A DNA stretch of 64,000 bases, taken from the human T2T-CHM13v2.0 reference genome, Homo sapiens. The notes beneath the pieces are model-generated. The model worked only from the letters and a program-made list of their open reading frames with translations, had not been told where the DNA came from and did no database searches. The translations under genes were made by a program, and so were the position numbers. The stretch lies in assembly GCF_009914755.1 (NCBI RefSeq), contig NC_060939.1, one strand, 5' to 3'. Positions 41,401 to 59,301 of this stretch are shown in pieces (the first letter of the stretch is position 1; each line of letters starts with the position of its first letter).

Positions 41401-44400
41401 TCTGTGAGGTGAAAGGACACATCACAAAGAAGTTTCTCAGATTGCTTCTGTCTAGATTTTATATGAAGATATTTCTTTTTTCTAACATAGGCTGCAAAGT
41501 GTTCCAAATGTCCACTTGCAGATTTTACAAAAAGAGGGTTTCCAAATTGCTCAATCAAAAGAAAAGTTCAACTCTGTGAGATCAACACACACATCACGAA
41601 TACGTTTCTCAGAATTCTTCTGTCTTGTTTTTATGTGAAGATATTTCCTTTTCCACCAAAGGCCTCAAAGCCCTCCAAATGTCCACTTACAGATTCTACA
41701 AAAAGAGAGTTTCAAAACTGCTCAATCAAAAGAAAGGTTTTACTGTGTGAGATGAATGCACACATCATAAAGAAGTTTCTCAGATTGCTTCTTTCTAGAT
41801 TTCATCTGCGGATATTTCCTTTTCCACCATATGCCTCAAAGTACTCAAAATGTCCACTTTCTGATTCTAAAAAAAGAGAGTTTCAAAACTTCTCAATCAA
41901 AGGAAATGTTTAACTCTGTGAGATGAATGCACACATTTACAAAGAAGTTTCTCAGATTTCTTCTGTCTAGATTTTATGTGAAGATATTTCCTTTTCTAAA
42001 ATAGGCCTCAAAGCGCTCCAAATGTCCACTTCCAGATTCTGCAAAAAGAGTGTTTCCAAAGTGCTCAATCAAAAGAAATGTTCAAGCCTGTTAGATGAAT
42101 GCAAACATGACAAAGCAGTTTCTCAGATTGCTTCTGTCTAGATTTTATGCGAAGATATTTCTTTTTTCTACCATAGGCCGCAAAGCACTCCAAAGGTCCA
42201 CCTGCAAATTCTAGAAAAAGAGTGTTTTCAAACTGCTCCACCCAAACAAAAGTTCAGCTCTGTGAGATGAACGCACCCATCACAAAGAAGTTTCTCAGAA
42301 TTCTTCTGTCTAGTTTTTAAGTGGAGATATTTCCTTTTCCACCATAGGCCTCAAAGCGCTCCAAATGTCCACTTGCAGATTCTACAAAAAGAGAGCTTCA
42401 AGACTGCTCAACCAAAAGAAAGGTTTAACTCTGTGAGATGAACGCACACATTAGAAAGAAGTTTCCCAAAATACTTCTTTCTAGTTTTACTGTGAAGATA
42501 AATCGTTTTCCATTGTAGGCCTCAAAGCGCTCCAAATGTCCACTTACAGATTCTACAAAAAGAGAGTTTCAAAACTGCTAAATCAAAAGAAATGTTTAAC
42601 TCCGTGAGATGAATGCACACATCACAAAGAAGTTTCTCAGATTGCTTGTGTCTAGATTTAATGTGAAGATATTTCCTTTTATGCCATAGGCCGCAAAGCG
42701 CTCCAAATGTTCACTTGCAGAATTTAAAGACAGAGTGTTTCTAAACCGGTCAATCAAAAGAAAGGTTGAACTCTATGAGATGAACGCATGCATCAAGAAG
42801 AAGTTTCTCAGAATTCTTCTGTCTAGTTTTTATGTAAAGATATTTCCTATTCTACCATAGGCCACAAAGCACTCCAAATGTCCACTTGCAGATTCTACAA
42901 AAAGAGAATTTCAAAATTCCTCAATCAAAAGAAAGTTTTAACTCTGTGAGATGAATGCGCACATCACAAAGAAGTTTCTCAGATTACTTCTGTCTAGATT
43001 TTATGTGAAGATATTTCCTTTTCTACCATAGGCCGCAAAGTTCTCCAAATGTCCACTTGCAGATTCAACAAAAAGACTGTTTCCAAACTGCTCAATCAAA
43101 AGAAAGGCTCAACTCTGTGAGATGAATGCTTGCATCACAAAGAGGTTTCTCAGAATTCTTCTGTCTAGTTTTTGTGAAGACATTTCCTTTTCCACCATAG
43201 ACCTCAAGACACTTAAAATGTCCACTTGCAGATTCTACAAAAAGCTTATTTCAAAACTGGTCCTTCATAAGAAAGGGTCAACTCGGGGAGATGAATGCAC
43301 ACATCACAAAGCAGTTTCTCATAATACTTCTATCTAGGTTTTATGTGAAGATATTTCCTTTTACACCATAGGCCTCAAAGCTCTCCAAATGTCCACTTAC
43401 AGATTCTACAAAAAGACATTTTCAAAACTGCTCAATCAAAAGAAAAGTTTAACTCTGTAAACTTTTTTAGGCCTCAAAGCTCTCCAAATGTCCACTTGCA
43501 GATTCTACTAAAAGAGAGTTTCAAAACTGCTAAATCAAAAGAAAGGTTTAACTCTGTGAGATGAATGCGCACATCACAAAGAAGTTTCTCAGATTACTTC
43601 TGTCTAGATTTTACATGAAGATATTCCCTTCTCTACCATAGTCCACAAAGTGCTCCAAATGTCCACATTCAGACTCTACTAAAAGTGGTTTTGCAAACTG
43701 CTCAATAAAAAGAAAGTTTCAACTCTGTGAGATGAAGGCACACATCACAAAGGAGTTTGTCAGAATTCTTCTGTCTAGTTTTTATGTGAAGATATTTCCT
43801 TTTCCACCATGGCCTCAGTGCGCTCCAAATGTCCACTTCCAGATTCTACAAAAAGAGTGTTTTTAAACTGCTCAATCAAAAGAAAGGTTTAACTCTGTGA
43901 GATGAATGCACACATCACAAAGAAGTTTCTCAGATTGCTTATTTCTACATTTTAAGTGAAGATATTTCCTTTTCTACCATAGCCCGCAAAGCCCTCCAAA
44001 TGTCCACTTGCAGATTCTACAAAAAGAGAGTTTGAAAACTGTTCAATAAAAGAAATCTTTAACTCTGTGAGATGAATGAACACATCACAAAGAAGTTTCT
44101 CAGGTTGCTTCTTTCTAGATTTTAAGTGAAGATATTTCCTTTTCTACCACAGCCCGCAAATCGCTCCAAATGTCCACTTGTAGATTCTACAAAAAGAGTG
44201 TTTCCAAACTGCTGAATCAAAAGAAAGTTTCAACTCTGTGAGATGAACACACACATCACAAAGGAGTTTCTCAGAATTCTTCTGTCTAGTTTTTCTGTGA
44301 AGATATTTCCTTTTCCACCATATACCTCAAAGCGCCACAAATTTTCACTTGCAGATTATACAAAAAGAGAGTTTCAAAACTGCTCAGTCAAAAGAATGAT

Positions 44401-47400
44401 TAACTCTGTGAGATGAATGCATACATCATAAAGAAATTTCTCAGATTGCTTTTGTCTAGATTTTACGTGAAGATATTGCCATTTCTACCATAGGCCGCAA
44501 AGGGCTCCAAATGTGCACTTGCAGAATCTACAAAAAGAGTTGTTTGCAAACTGCACAATCAAAAGAAAGGTTCAACTCTGTGAGTTGAACACTCGCATCA
44601 CAAAGAGGTTTCTAATAATTCTTCTGTCTAGTTTTTATGTGAAGATATTTCCTTTTCCACCATAGGTCGCAAAGTGCTCCAAATGTCCACTTGCAGATTC
44701 TACAGAAAGAGTGTTTCCAACAGCTCAATCAAAAGAAACGTTCAACTCTGTGAGATGAACACACACATCACAAAGAAGTTTCTCAGAATTCTTCTGTCTA
44801 GTTTTTATGTGAAGATATTTCCTTTTCCACCATTGGCCTCAAAGCACTACAAATGTCCACTTGCAGATCCTACAAAAAGAGTTTCCAAACTGCTCAATCA
44901 AAAGAAAAGTTTAACTCTGTGAAATGAATGCAGACAACATGCGGAAGTTTCTGAGATTCCTTCTGTCTAGATTTTACGTGAAGATATTGCCTTTTCTACC
45001 ATTGGCTGCAAAGCTCTCCAAATGTCCACTTGCAGATTCTACAAAAAGAGTATTTCCAAACTGCTCAATCAAAGGAAAGTTTCAACTCTGTGAGATGAAC
45101 ACAGACATCTCAAAGAAGTTTCTCAGAATTCTTCTGTCTAGTTTTTATATGACGATATTAACTTTTCCACCACATGCATCATATTGCTCCAAATGTCCAC
45201 TTGCAGATTCTACAAAAAGAGAGTTTCAAATCTGCTCTATCAAAGGAAAGCTTTACCTCTTTGAGATGAATGCACACATCACAAAGAAGTTTCTCAGATT
45301 GCTTCTGTCTACATTTTATGTGAAGATGTTTCCTGTTCTAACATAGGCCACAGAGTGCTCCAAATGTCCACTTGCAGATTCTACCAAAAGAGTGTTTCCA
45401 AACTGCTCAACCAAAGAAATGTTCAACTTTCTAGATGAATGCACACATCACAAAGAGCTTTCTCAGAATTCTTCTTTCTAGTTTTTATGTGAAGATATTT
45501 CCTTTTGTACCATAGGCCCCAAGGCACTCGAATGGTACACTTGCAGATTCTACAAAAAGAGTATTTCAAAACTGTTCCTTCAAAGGAATGTTCAACTCTG
45601 GGGGTTGAATGCACACATCACAAAGTAGTTTCTCAGAATGCTTCTATGTACTTTTTATGTGTAGATATTTCATTTTCCACCATAGGCCTGAAAGCCCTTC
45701 AAATGTCCACTTAGAGATTATACAAAAAGGGAGCTTTAAAACTCCTCTATCAAAAGAAAGGTTTCAACCCATTAGATGAATGCACACATCACAAAGATGT
45801 TTCTAAAAATGCTTCTATCTATTTTTTATGTGAAGATATTTCCTTTTCCACCATAGGCCTCAAAGCACTGAAAATGTCCACTTGTAGATTCTACAAAAAA
45901 AGAGTTTCATAACTGTTCAATCAAAATAAAGGTTTAACTCTGTGAGATGAATGCACACATCACAAAGAAGTTTCTCAGATTGCTTCTTTCTAGATTTTTT
46001 GTGAAGATATTACTTTTTCTAACGTAGGCTACAAAGCGCTCTTAATGTCCACTTGCAGATTCTACAAAAAGAGTGTCTCCAAACTGCTTAATCAAAAGAA
46101 AGTTTCAACTCTGTGAGAGTAACGCACACATCACAAAGAAGTATATGATAATTCCTCTGTCTAGTTTTTATGTGAAGATATATTCTATTCTACCATAGGC
46201 CTCAAAGCGCTACAAATGTCCACTTGCAGATTCTACAAAAAGAGAGTTTCAAGACTGCTAAATCAAAAGAAATGTTTAACTCTGTGAGATGAATGCACAC
46301 ATCATAAAGAAGGTTTTCAGATTACTTCTGTCTACATTTTATATGAAGATATTTCCTTTTCCACCATAGGCCGCAAAGAGCTCCAAATGTCCACTTGCAG
46401 ATCCTTCAAAAAGAGTGTTTCCAAACTGCTCAAACAAAAGAAGTGTTCAAGTCCATGAGCTGAATGCACACATCACAAAGAAATTTGTCAGAATTCTTCT
46501 GTCTAGTTTTTATGTGAAGATATTTCCTTTTCCACCATAAGCCTCAGAGTGTTCCAAATGTCCACTTGCAGATTCTACAAAAATAGAGTTTCCAAAGTGC
46601 TCAGTCAAAAGAAAGGTTGACTCGGTGAGATGAATGCACACGCCACAAAGATGTTTGTCAGATTGCTTTCATCTAGATTTTATGTGAAGATATTTTGTTT
46701 TCTACCATAGGCCACAAAGCACTCCAAATGTCCAGTTGCAAATTCTACAAATAGAGTGTTTACAAACTGCTCAATAAAAAGTAAGGTTCAACTCTTTGAT
46801 ATGAACGCACACATCACAAAGTAGTTTCTCAGAATTCTGCTGTCTAGTTTTTATGTGAAGATATTTCCTTTTCCATCATAGGCATCATAGCTCTCCTAAT
46901 GTTCACTTGCAGATTTTACAAAAAGAGAGTTTCAAGACAGCTCAATCAAAAGAAAGTTTTAACTCTGTGAGATGCATGCACACATCACAAAGAAGTTTCT
47001 CAGATTGCTTCTGTCTAGATTTTATTTTAATATATGTCATTTTCTAACGTAGGCCGCAAAGCACTCCAAATGTCCACTTGCAGATTCTACAAAAAGAGTG
47101 ATTCCAAACTGCTTAATCAAAAGAAAGGTTCAACTCTGTGAGATGAATGCACACATCACAAAGAAGTTTCTCAGAATTCTTCTGTCTAGTTTTTATCTGA
47201 AGATATTTCCTTTTCCACCATAGGCCTCAAACCACTCCAAATGTACACTGTAGATTCTACAAAAAGAGAGTTTCAAAACTGCTCAATCAAAAGAAATGTT
47301 TAACTCTGTGATATGAATGCACACATCATAAAGTACTTTGTCAGACTGCTTTTATCTAGATTTTCTGTGAAGATATTTCGTTTTCTACCAGAGGTCACAA

Positions 47401-49962
47401 AGCGCTCCAAATGTCCACTTGCATGTTGTACAAAAAGAGTGCTTCCAAACTGCTCAATCAAAAGAAAGGTTCAACTCTGTGAGATGTAAGCACAAATCAC
47501 AAAGAAGTTTCTCAGAATTTTTCTGTCTAGTTTTTATGTGTAAATATTTACTTTTCCACAGTAGGCCTCAAAGCACTCCAAATGTCCACTTGCAGATTTT
47601 ACAAAAAGAGAGTTTCAAGACAGCTCAATCAAAAGAAAGTTTTAACTCTGTGAGATGAATGCACACATCACAAAGAAGTTTCTCAGATTCATTCTATCTA
47701 GATTTTATGGGAATATATTTCCTTTTCTAACATAGGCTGCAAAGCGCTCCAAATGTCCACTTGCAGATTCCACAAAAAGAGTGTTTCCAAACTCTTAATC
47801 AAAAGAAAGATTCAACTCTGTGAGATAAACACATGTATCACGAAGAGGTTTCTCTGAATTCTTCTGTGTAGTTTTGATGTGAAAATATTTCCTTTTCCTC
47901 CACAGGCCTCAAAGCGCTCCAAATGTTAAATTGCAGATTCTACAAAAAGAGAGATTCAAAACTGCTCAATCAAAACAAAGGCTTAACCCTTTGAGATCAG
48001 CGCACACATGACAAAGAAGTTTCTAAAAATGCTTCTGTCTAGTTTTTATTTGAAGATATTTCGTTTTCCACCATAGGACTCAAAGCACTCCAAATGTCCA
48101 CTTGCACATTCAACAAAAATAGAGTTTCAAAACTGCTCAATCAAAAGTAAGAGTTAACCCTGTGAGATGAATGCACACATTCCAAAGAAGTTTCTCAGAT
48201 TGCTTCTGTCTAGATTTTGTGTGAAGCTATTTCCTTTTCTAACATAGGCGGCAAAGTGCTCAAAATGCCCACTTACAGAATCTACAAAAAGAGTGTTTCA
48301 ATAATTCTCAATGAAAAGAAATGTTCAACTCTGTGAGATGAATGCGCACATCACAAAGAAGTTTCTCAGAGTTCTTCTGTCTAGCTTTTATGTGAAGATA
48401 TTTCCTTTTCCACCATAGGCCTCAAGTGCTCCAATTGTCCACTTGCAGATTCAACAAAAAGAGAGTTTCAAAACTGCTCAATCAAAAGAAAGGTTTAACT
48501 CTGTGAGATGAATGCACACATCACAAAGAAGTTTCTCAGATTGCTTATTTCTACATTTTAAGTGAAGATATTTCCTTTTCTACCATAGCCCGCAAAGCCC
48601 TCCAAATGTCCACTTGCAGATTCTACAAAAAGATTGTTTTCAAACTGCTCAATCAAAAGAAAGTTTCAACTCTGTGAGATGAACGCACACATCAACAAGA
48701 AGTTTATCAGAATTCTTCTGTCCAGTTTTTATGGGAAGATATTTCCTTTTCCACCATAGGCCTAAAAGTGCTCCAAATGTCCACTTGCAGATTCTACAAA
48801 AAGAGAGTTTCAAAACTGCTCAATCAAAAAACAGTTTTAACTCTGTGAGATGAATGCACACATCACAAAGAAGTTTCTCAGATTACTTTTGTCTAGATTT
48901 TATGTGAAGATATTTCCTTTTCTACGATAGGCCTCAAAGCACTCCAAATGTCCACTTGCAGATTCTACAAAATAGAGTTTCAAGACAGCTCAATCAAAAG
49001 AAATGTTTAACTCTGTGAGATGGATGCACACATCACAAAGCAGTTTCTCAGATTGCTTCTGTCTGAGTTTTATGTAAAGATATTTCCTTTTCTACCATAG
49101 GCCACAAAGTGTTCTAAATGGCCACTTGCAGATTCTACAAAAAGATGGTTTCCAAACAGCTCAATCAAAAGAAACGTTCCACTCTGTGTGATGAATGCAC
49201 ACATCACAAAGAAGTTTCTCAGTATTCTTCTGTCTAGTTTTTATGTGAAGATATTTCCTTTTCCACATTGGCCTCAAACTGCTCCAAATGTACACTTCCA
49301 GATTCTACAAAACAGAGTTTCAAAATGCTCATTCAAAAGCAATGTTTAACACTGTGAGATGAATGCACATATCACAAAGAATTTTCTCATATTACTTCTG
49401 TCTACATTTTATGTGAAGGTATTTCCTTTTCTACCATAGGCCACAAAGCACTCTAAATCTCCACTTGCAGATTCTACAAAAAGAGTTTTTCCAAACTACT
49501 CAATCAATATAAAGTTTCAACTCAGTGATATGAACACACACATCACAAAGAAGTTTGTCAGAAATCTTCTGTCTAGTTTTTATGTGAAGATATTTCCTTT
49601 TCCACCATAGACCTCAAAGCACTCCAAATGTCCACTTGCACATTCTACAAACAGAGTGATTCCAAACTGCTCAATCAAAGGAAGGTTCAACTCTGTGAGA
49701 TGAATGCACATATCACAAAGAAGTTTCTCAGATTGCTTCTGTCTAGCTTTTATGTGAAGACATTTCCTTTTCTACCTTAGGCTGCAAAGCGCTCCAAGTG
49801 TCCACTTGTAGATTTTACAAAAACAGTTTTTCCAAACTGCTCAATCAAAAGGAAGTTTCAACTCTGTGAGATGAACGCATACATCACAAAGGAGTTTCTC
49901 AGAATTCTTCTGTCTAGTTTTTATGGGAAGATGTTTCCTTTTCCACCTTAGGTCTAAAAGCA

Positions 49963-50335
49963 CTCCAAATGTCCACTTGCAGATTCTACAAAAAGAGAAT
50001 TTCAAAACTGCTCAATCCAAAAAAAGTTTTAACTCTGTGAGATGAAAGCACACATCACAAAGAAGTTTCTCAGATTGCTTTTGTCTAGATTTTATGTGAA
50101 GATGTTTCTTTTACTACCATAGGCCTCAAAGCGCTCCAAATGTCCACTTGCAGATTCTACAAAAAGAGAATTTCAAAACTGCTCAATCCAAAAAAAGTTT
50201 TAACTCTGTGAGATGAAAGCACACATCACAAAGAAGTTTCTCAGATTGCTTTTGTCTAGATTTTATGTGAAGATGTTTCTTTTACTACCATAGGCCTCAA
50301 AGCGCTCCAAATGTCCACTTGCAGATTCTACAAAA
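49963..50335. repeat. Perfect single-monomer (171 bp) tandem duplication
   Basis: Sequence is identical at offset 171, including the private features 'ctcaatccaaaaaaagtttt', 'gatgaaagca' and 'gatgtttcttttactacc'. Confidence 0.92.
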
Positions 50336-50780
50336 TAGAGTTTCAAGACACCTGAATCAAAAGAAAAGTTTAACTCTGTGAAATGAATGAGCACATCACA
50401 AAGTAGTTTCTCAGATTGCTTCTGTCTGAATTTTATGTGAAGATATTTCCTTTTCTACCATAGGCCACATAGTGCTCCAAATGTCCACTTGCAGATTCTA
50501 CAAAAAGAGTGTTTCCAAACAGCTCAATCAAAAGAAATGTTCCAGTCTGTGAGATGAACGCACACATCACAAAGAAGTTTCTCAGTATTCTTCAATCTGG
50601 TTTTTATGTGAAGATATTTTCTTTCCACATTGTCCTCAAACCGCTCCAAATGTAGACTTCCAGATTCTACAAAAACAGAGTTTAGAAAATGCTCTGCCAA
50701 AAGCAATGTTTATCTCTCTGAGATGAATGCACACATCACAAAGTATTTTCTCATATTGCTTCTGTCTAGATTTTATGTGC

Positions 50781-50796
50781 AGGTATTTCCTTTTCT
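50781..50796 (+). other. Left target-site duplication of L1HS insertion
   Basis: AGGTATTTCCTTTTCT, repeated at 52754-52769. Confidence 0.92.
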
Positions 50797-50814
50797 TTTT
50801 TTTTTTTTTTTTTT

Positions 50815-50870
50815 GTATATTTATTTATTTATTTATTTATTTATTTTTTTTAATGTGCAGTTGAGTGGCT

Positions 50871-50872
<2 letters not shown>
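50815..50872 (-). other. 3' transduced sequence between two poly(A) tracts
   Basis: Sense strand reads A39-GAAGCCACTCAACTGCACATT-A8-(TAAA)n-TATAC-A19. It is neither L1 nor alpha satellite and lies inside the TSDs. Confidence 0.85.
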
Positions 50873-50913
<41 letters not shown>

Positions 50914-51116
50914 TATACTCTAAGTTTTAGGGTACATGTGCACATTGTGCAGGTTAGTTACATATGTATACATGTGCCATGCTGGTGCGCTGCACCCACT
51001 AATGTGTCATCTAGCATTAGGTATATCTCCCAATGCTATCCCTCCCCCCTCCCCCGACCCCACCACAGTCCCCAGAGTGTGATATTCCCCTTCCTGTGTC
51101 CATGTGATCTCATTGT

Positions 51117-54930
<3,814 letters not shown>

Positions 54931-56699
54931 GAAGTTTCTCAGAATGCTTCTGTCTAGTTCTTAAATGAAGATATTTCCCATTCCACAACAGGACTCAAAT
55001 GGCTCCCAATGTCCACTTGCAGATTGTTCAAAAATAGTGTTTAAACCTGCTCAATCAAAAGAAATGTTCAACCCGGTGAGATGAATGCACACAACACAAA
55101 GGATTTTCTCTGAATGATTCTGTCTAGTTTTTATGTGGACATATTTCCTTTTAAACCATAGGCCTCAAAGTGCTTCAAAAGTACACTTGCAGATTCCACA
55201 AAGAGTTTTTCAAAACTGCTAAATGAAAAGAAAAGTTCAAATCTGTGTGAAGAATGTACACATAACAAAGAAGTGTGTCAGAATGTTTCTGTATAGTTTT
55301 TATGTTAAGGTATTTGCTTTTCCACCATAGGCCTCGAAGAGCTCCAAATGTCCACATGCAGATTCTACAAAAAGAGTGTTTCAAAGCTGCTCAATCAAAA
55401 GAAAGGTTCAACTCTGTGACATGAATGTGCAAGTCACAAAGAAGTTTGTCAGAATGCTTCTGTCTAGTTTTTATGTGAAGATATTTCCTTTTCCACCATG
55501 GGCTGCAAAGCGCACCAAATGTCCAAATTCAAATTCTACAAATAGAGTCTTTCAAAACTGCTCAATCAAAAGAAAGGTTCAACTCTGTGAGATGAATCCA
55601 CACATCTCAGTGAAGTTTTTTGAATGTTTTTGTATAGTTCTTGTGTGAAGATATTTCTTTTTCCACCATTGACTCAAAGCGCCAAAAATGTCCACTTGCA
55701 GATGCTACAGAAAGAGTGTTTCAAAGTTGCTCCTGTCCGATTTCTTCTGTCTATATTTTATGTGAACATATTTCCTTTTCTACCATAGGCCACTAAGTGC
55801 TCCAATTGTCCAACTGAAGATTATTCAAAAAGTGTGTTTCCAAACTGCTCAATCAAAAGAAAGGTTCAACTCTGTAACATGAAGGCACACATCTCAAAGA
55901 AGTTTCTCAGAATTCTTCTGTCTAGTTTTTATGTGAAGATATTACATTTTCCACCATTGCCTCAAAGCGCCAAAAATGTCCACTTGCAGATACTACAGAA
56001 AGAGTGTTTCAAAGTGGCTCAATCAAAAGAAAGTTTCAACTCTATGAGATGAATGCACACATCACATAGAAGTTTCTCAGAATGCTTCTGTCTAGTTATT
56101 ATGTGAAGATATTTCGTTTTCCACCATAGGCATCAAAGCGCGCCAAATGTCCACTTGCAGATTCTACAAAAGGAGTGTTTCGAAACCGTTCAATCGAAAT
56201 TAAGGTTCCACTCTGCGAGATGAATGCACACATCACAAAAACTTTGTCAGAATGCTTCTGTCTAGTTTTGTGTGAAGATATTTCCCTTTCCACCACAGGC
56301 CTCAAAGCTCTCCAAATGTCCACTTGCAGATTCTACAAAAAGAGTGTTTCAAAACTGCTCTATCGAAAGTTAAGTTCAACTCCGTGAGATAAATGGCAAC
56401 TCCATGAGATAAATGACAAATAAGCTTGTCAGAATGCTTCTGCCTAGTTTTAATGTGAAGATATTTCCTTTTCCACCATAGGCCGCAAAGCGCTCCAAAT
56501 GTCCACTTGCAGATTCTACAAAATGAGAGTTTTCAAAACTACTCAATTAAAATAAAGTTTCAGCTCTGTGAGAGGAATGTACACGTCACAAATCAGCTTC
56601 ACAGAATGCTTCCATCTAGTTCTTAAATGAAGATATTTCCTTTTCCACCATACGCCAAAAAGTGCTCCAAATGTCCACCTGCAGATATTACAAAAATAG
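54931..56699 (-). repeat. Old monomeric alpha satellite, different monomer class
   Basis: cagaatgcttc, tttcaaagctgc and agttcttaaatgaag signatures; the dimer alternation is lost; no CENP-B boxes. Confidence 0.75.
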
Positions 56700-58459
<1,760 letters not shown>

Positions 58460-58460
<1 letters not shown>

Positions 58461-59301
58461 AAGGACATGAACAGACATTTCTCAAAAGAAGACATTTATG
58501 CAGCCAAAAAACACATGAAAAAATGCTCACCATCACTGGCCATCAGAGAAATGCAAATCAAAACCACAATGAGATACCATCTCACACCAGTTAGAATGGC
58601 CATCATTAAAAAGTCAGGAAATAACAGGTGCTGGAGAGGATGTGGAGAAATAGGAACACTTTTACACTGTTGGTGGGACTGTAAACTAGTTCAACCGTTG
58701 TGGAAGTCAGTGTGGCGATTCCTCAGGGATCTAGAACTAGAAATACCATTTGACCCAGCCATCCCATTACTGGGTATATACCCAAAGGACTATAAATCAT
58801 GCTGCTATAAAGACACATGCACATGTATGTTTATTATGGCATTATTCACAATAGCAAAGACTTGGAACCAACCCAAATGTCCAACAATGATAGACTGGAT
58901 TAAGAAAATGTGGCACATATACACCATGGACTACTATGCAGCCATAAAAAATGATGAGTTCATGTCCTTTGTAGGGACATGGATGAAGCTGGAAATCATC
59001 ATTCTCAGTAAACTATCACAAGAACAAAAAACGAAACACCGCATATTCTCACTCATAGGTGGGAATTGAACAATGAGAACACATGGACACAGGAAGGGGA
59101 ACATCACACTCTCGGGACTGTTATGGGGTGGGGGGAGGGAGGAGGGATAGCATTGGGAGATATACCTAATGCTAGATGACGAGTTAGTGGGTGCAGTCCA
59201 CCAGCATGGCACATGTATACATATGTAACTAACCTGCACATTGTGCGAACGTACCCTAAAACTTAAAGTATAATAATAATAAATAAATAAATAAATAAAT
59301 A
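58460..59301 (+). mobile_element. 5'-truncated L1PA (L1PA3-like) 3' end with (TAA)/(TAAA)n tail
   Basis: ORF2 [11 protein letters not shown]...KCSPSL...LIGGN-stop (ends 59069); 3' UTR with GACGAGTTAG and GAGAACACATGG/AACATCAC; tail at 59271-59301. Confidence 0.9.

Larger units (their letters stand above)
35451..50796 (-). repeat. Old CENP-B-box-free alpha satellite with dimeric (~342 bp) periodicity (possibly SF8 Oa/Na-like)
   Basis: Monomers alternate between ttctaccataggccgc...gtgtttccaaac...gatgaacgc...cagaattcttc and ttccaccataggcctc...gagtttcaaaac...tttaactc...cagattgcttc. gagatgaat replaces gagttgaat. Confidence 0.8.

Noticed and set aside
7-50706. Dozens of recurring 60-140 aa ORFs (MFQTCCMKGNVQL..., MYSTNRVEP...)
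   Set aside because: They are translations of the 171-bp satellite (a multiple of 3), mostly with GTG/TTG starts and no gene structure; I used them only as repeat-phase markers.
56378-56416. ~20-bp tandem repeat (caactccrtgagataaatg x2); also an 8-bp duplication at ~62638-62653
   Set aside because: Small slippage events with no insert between the copies; not TSDs.
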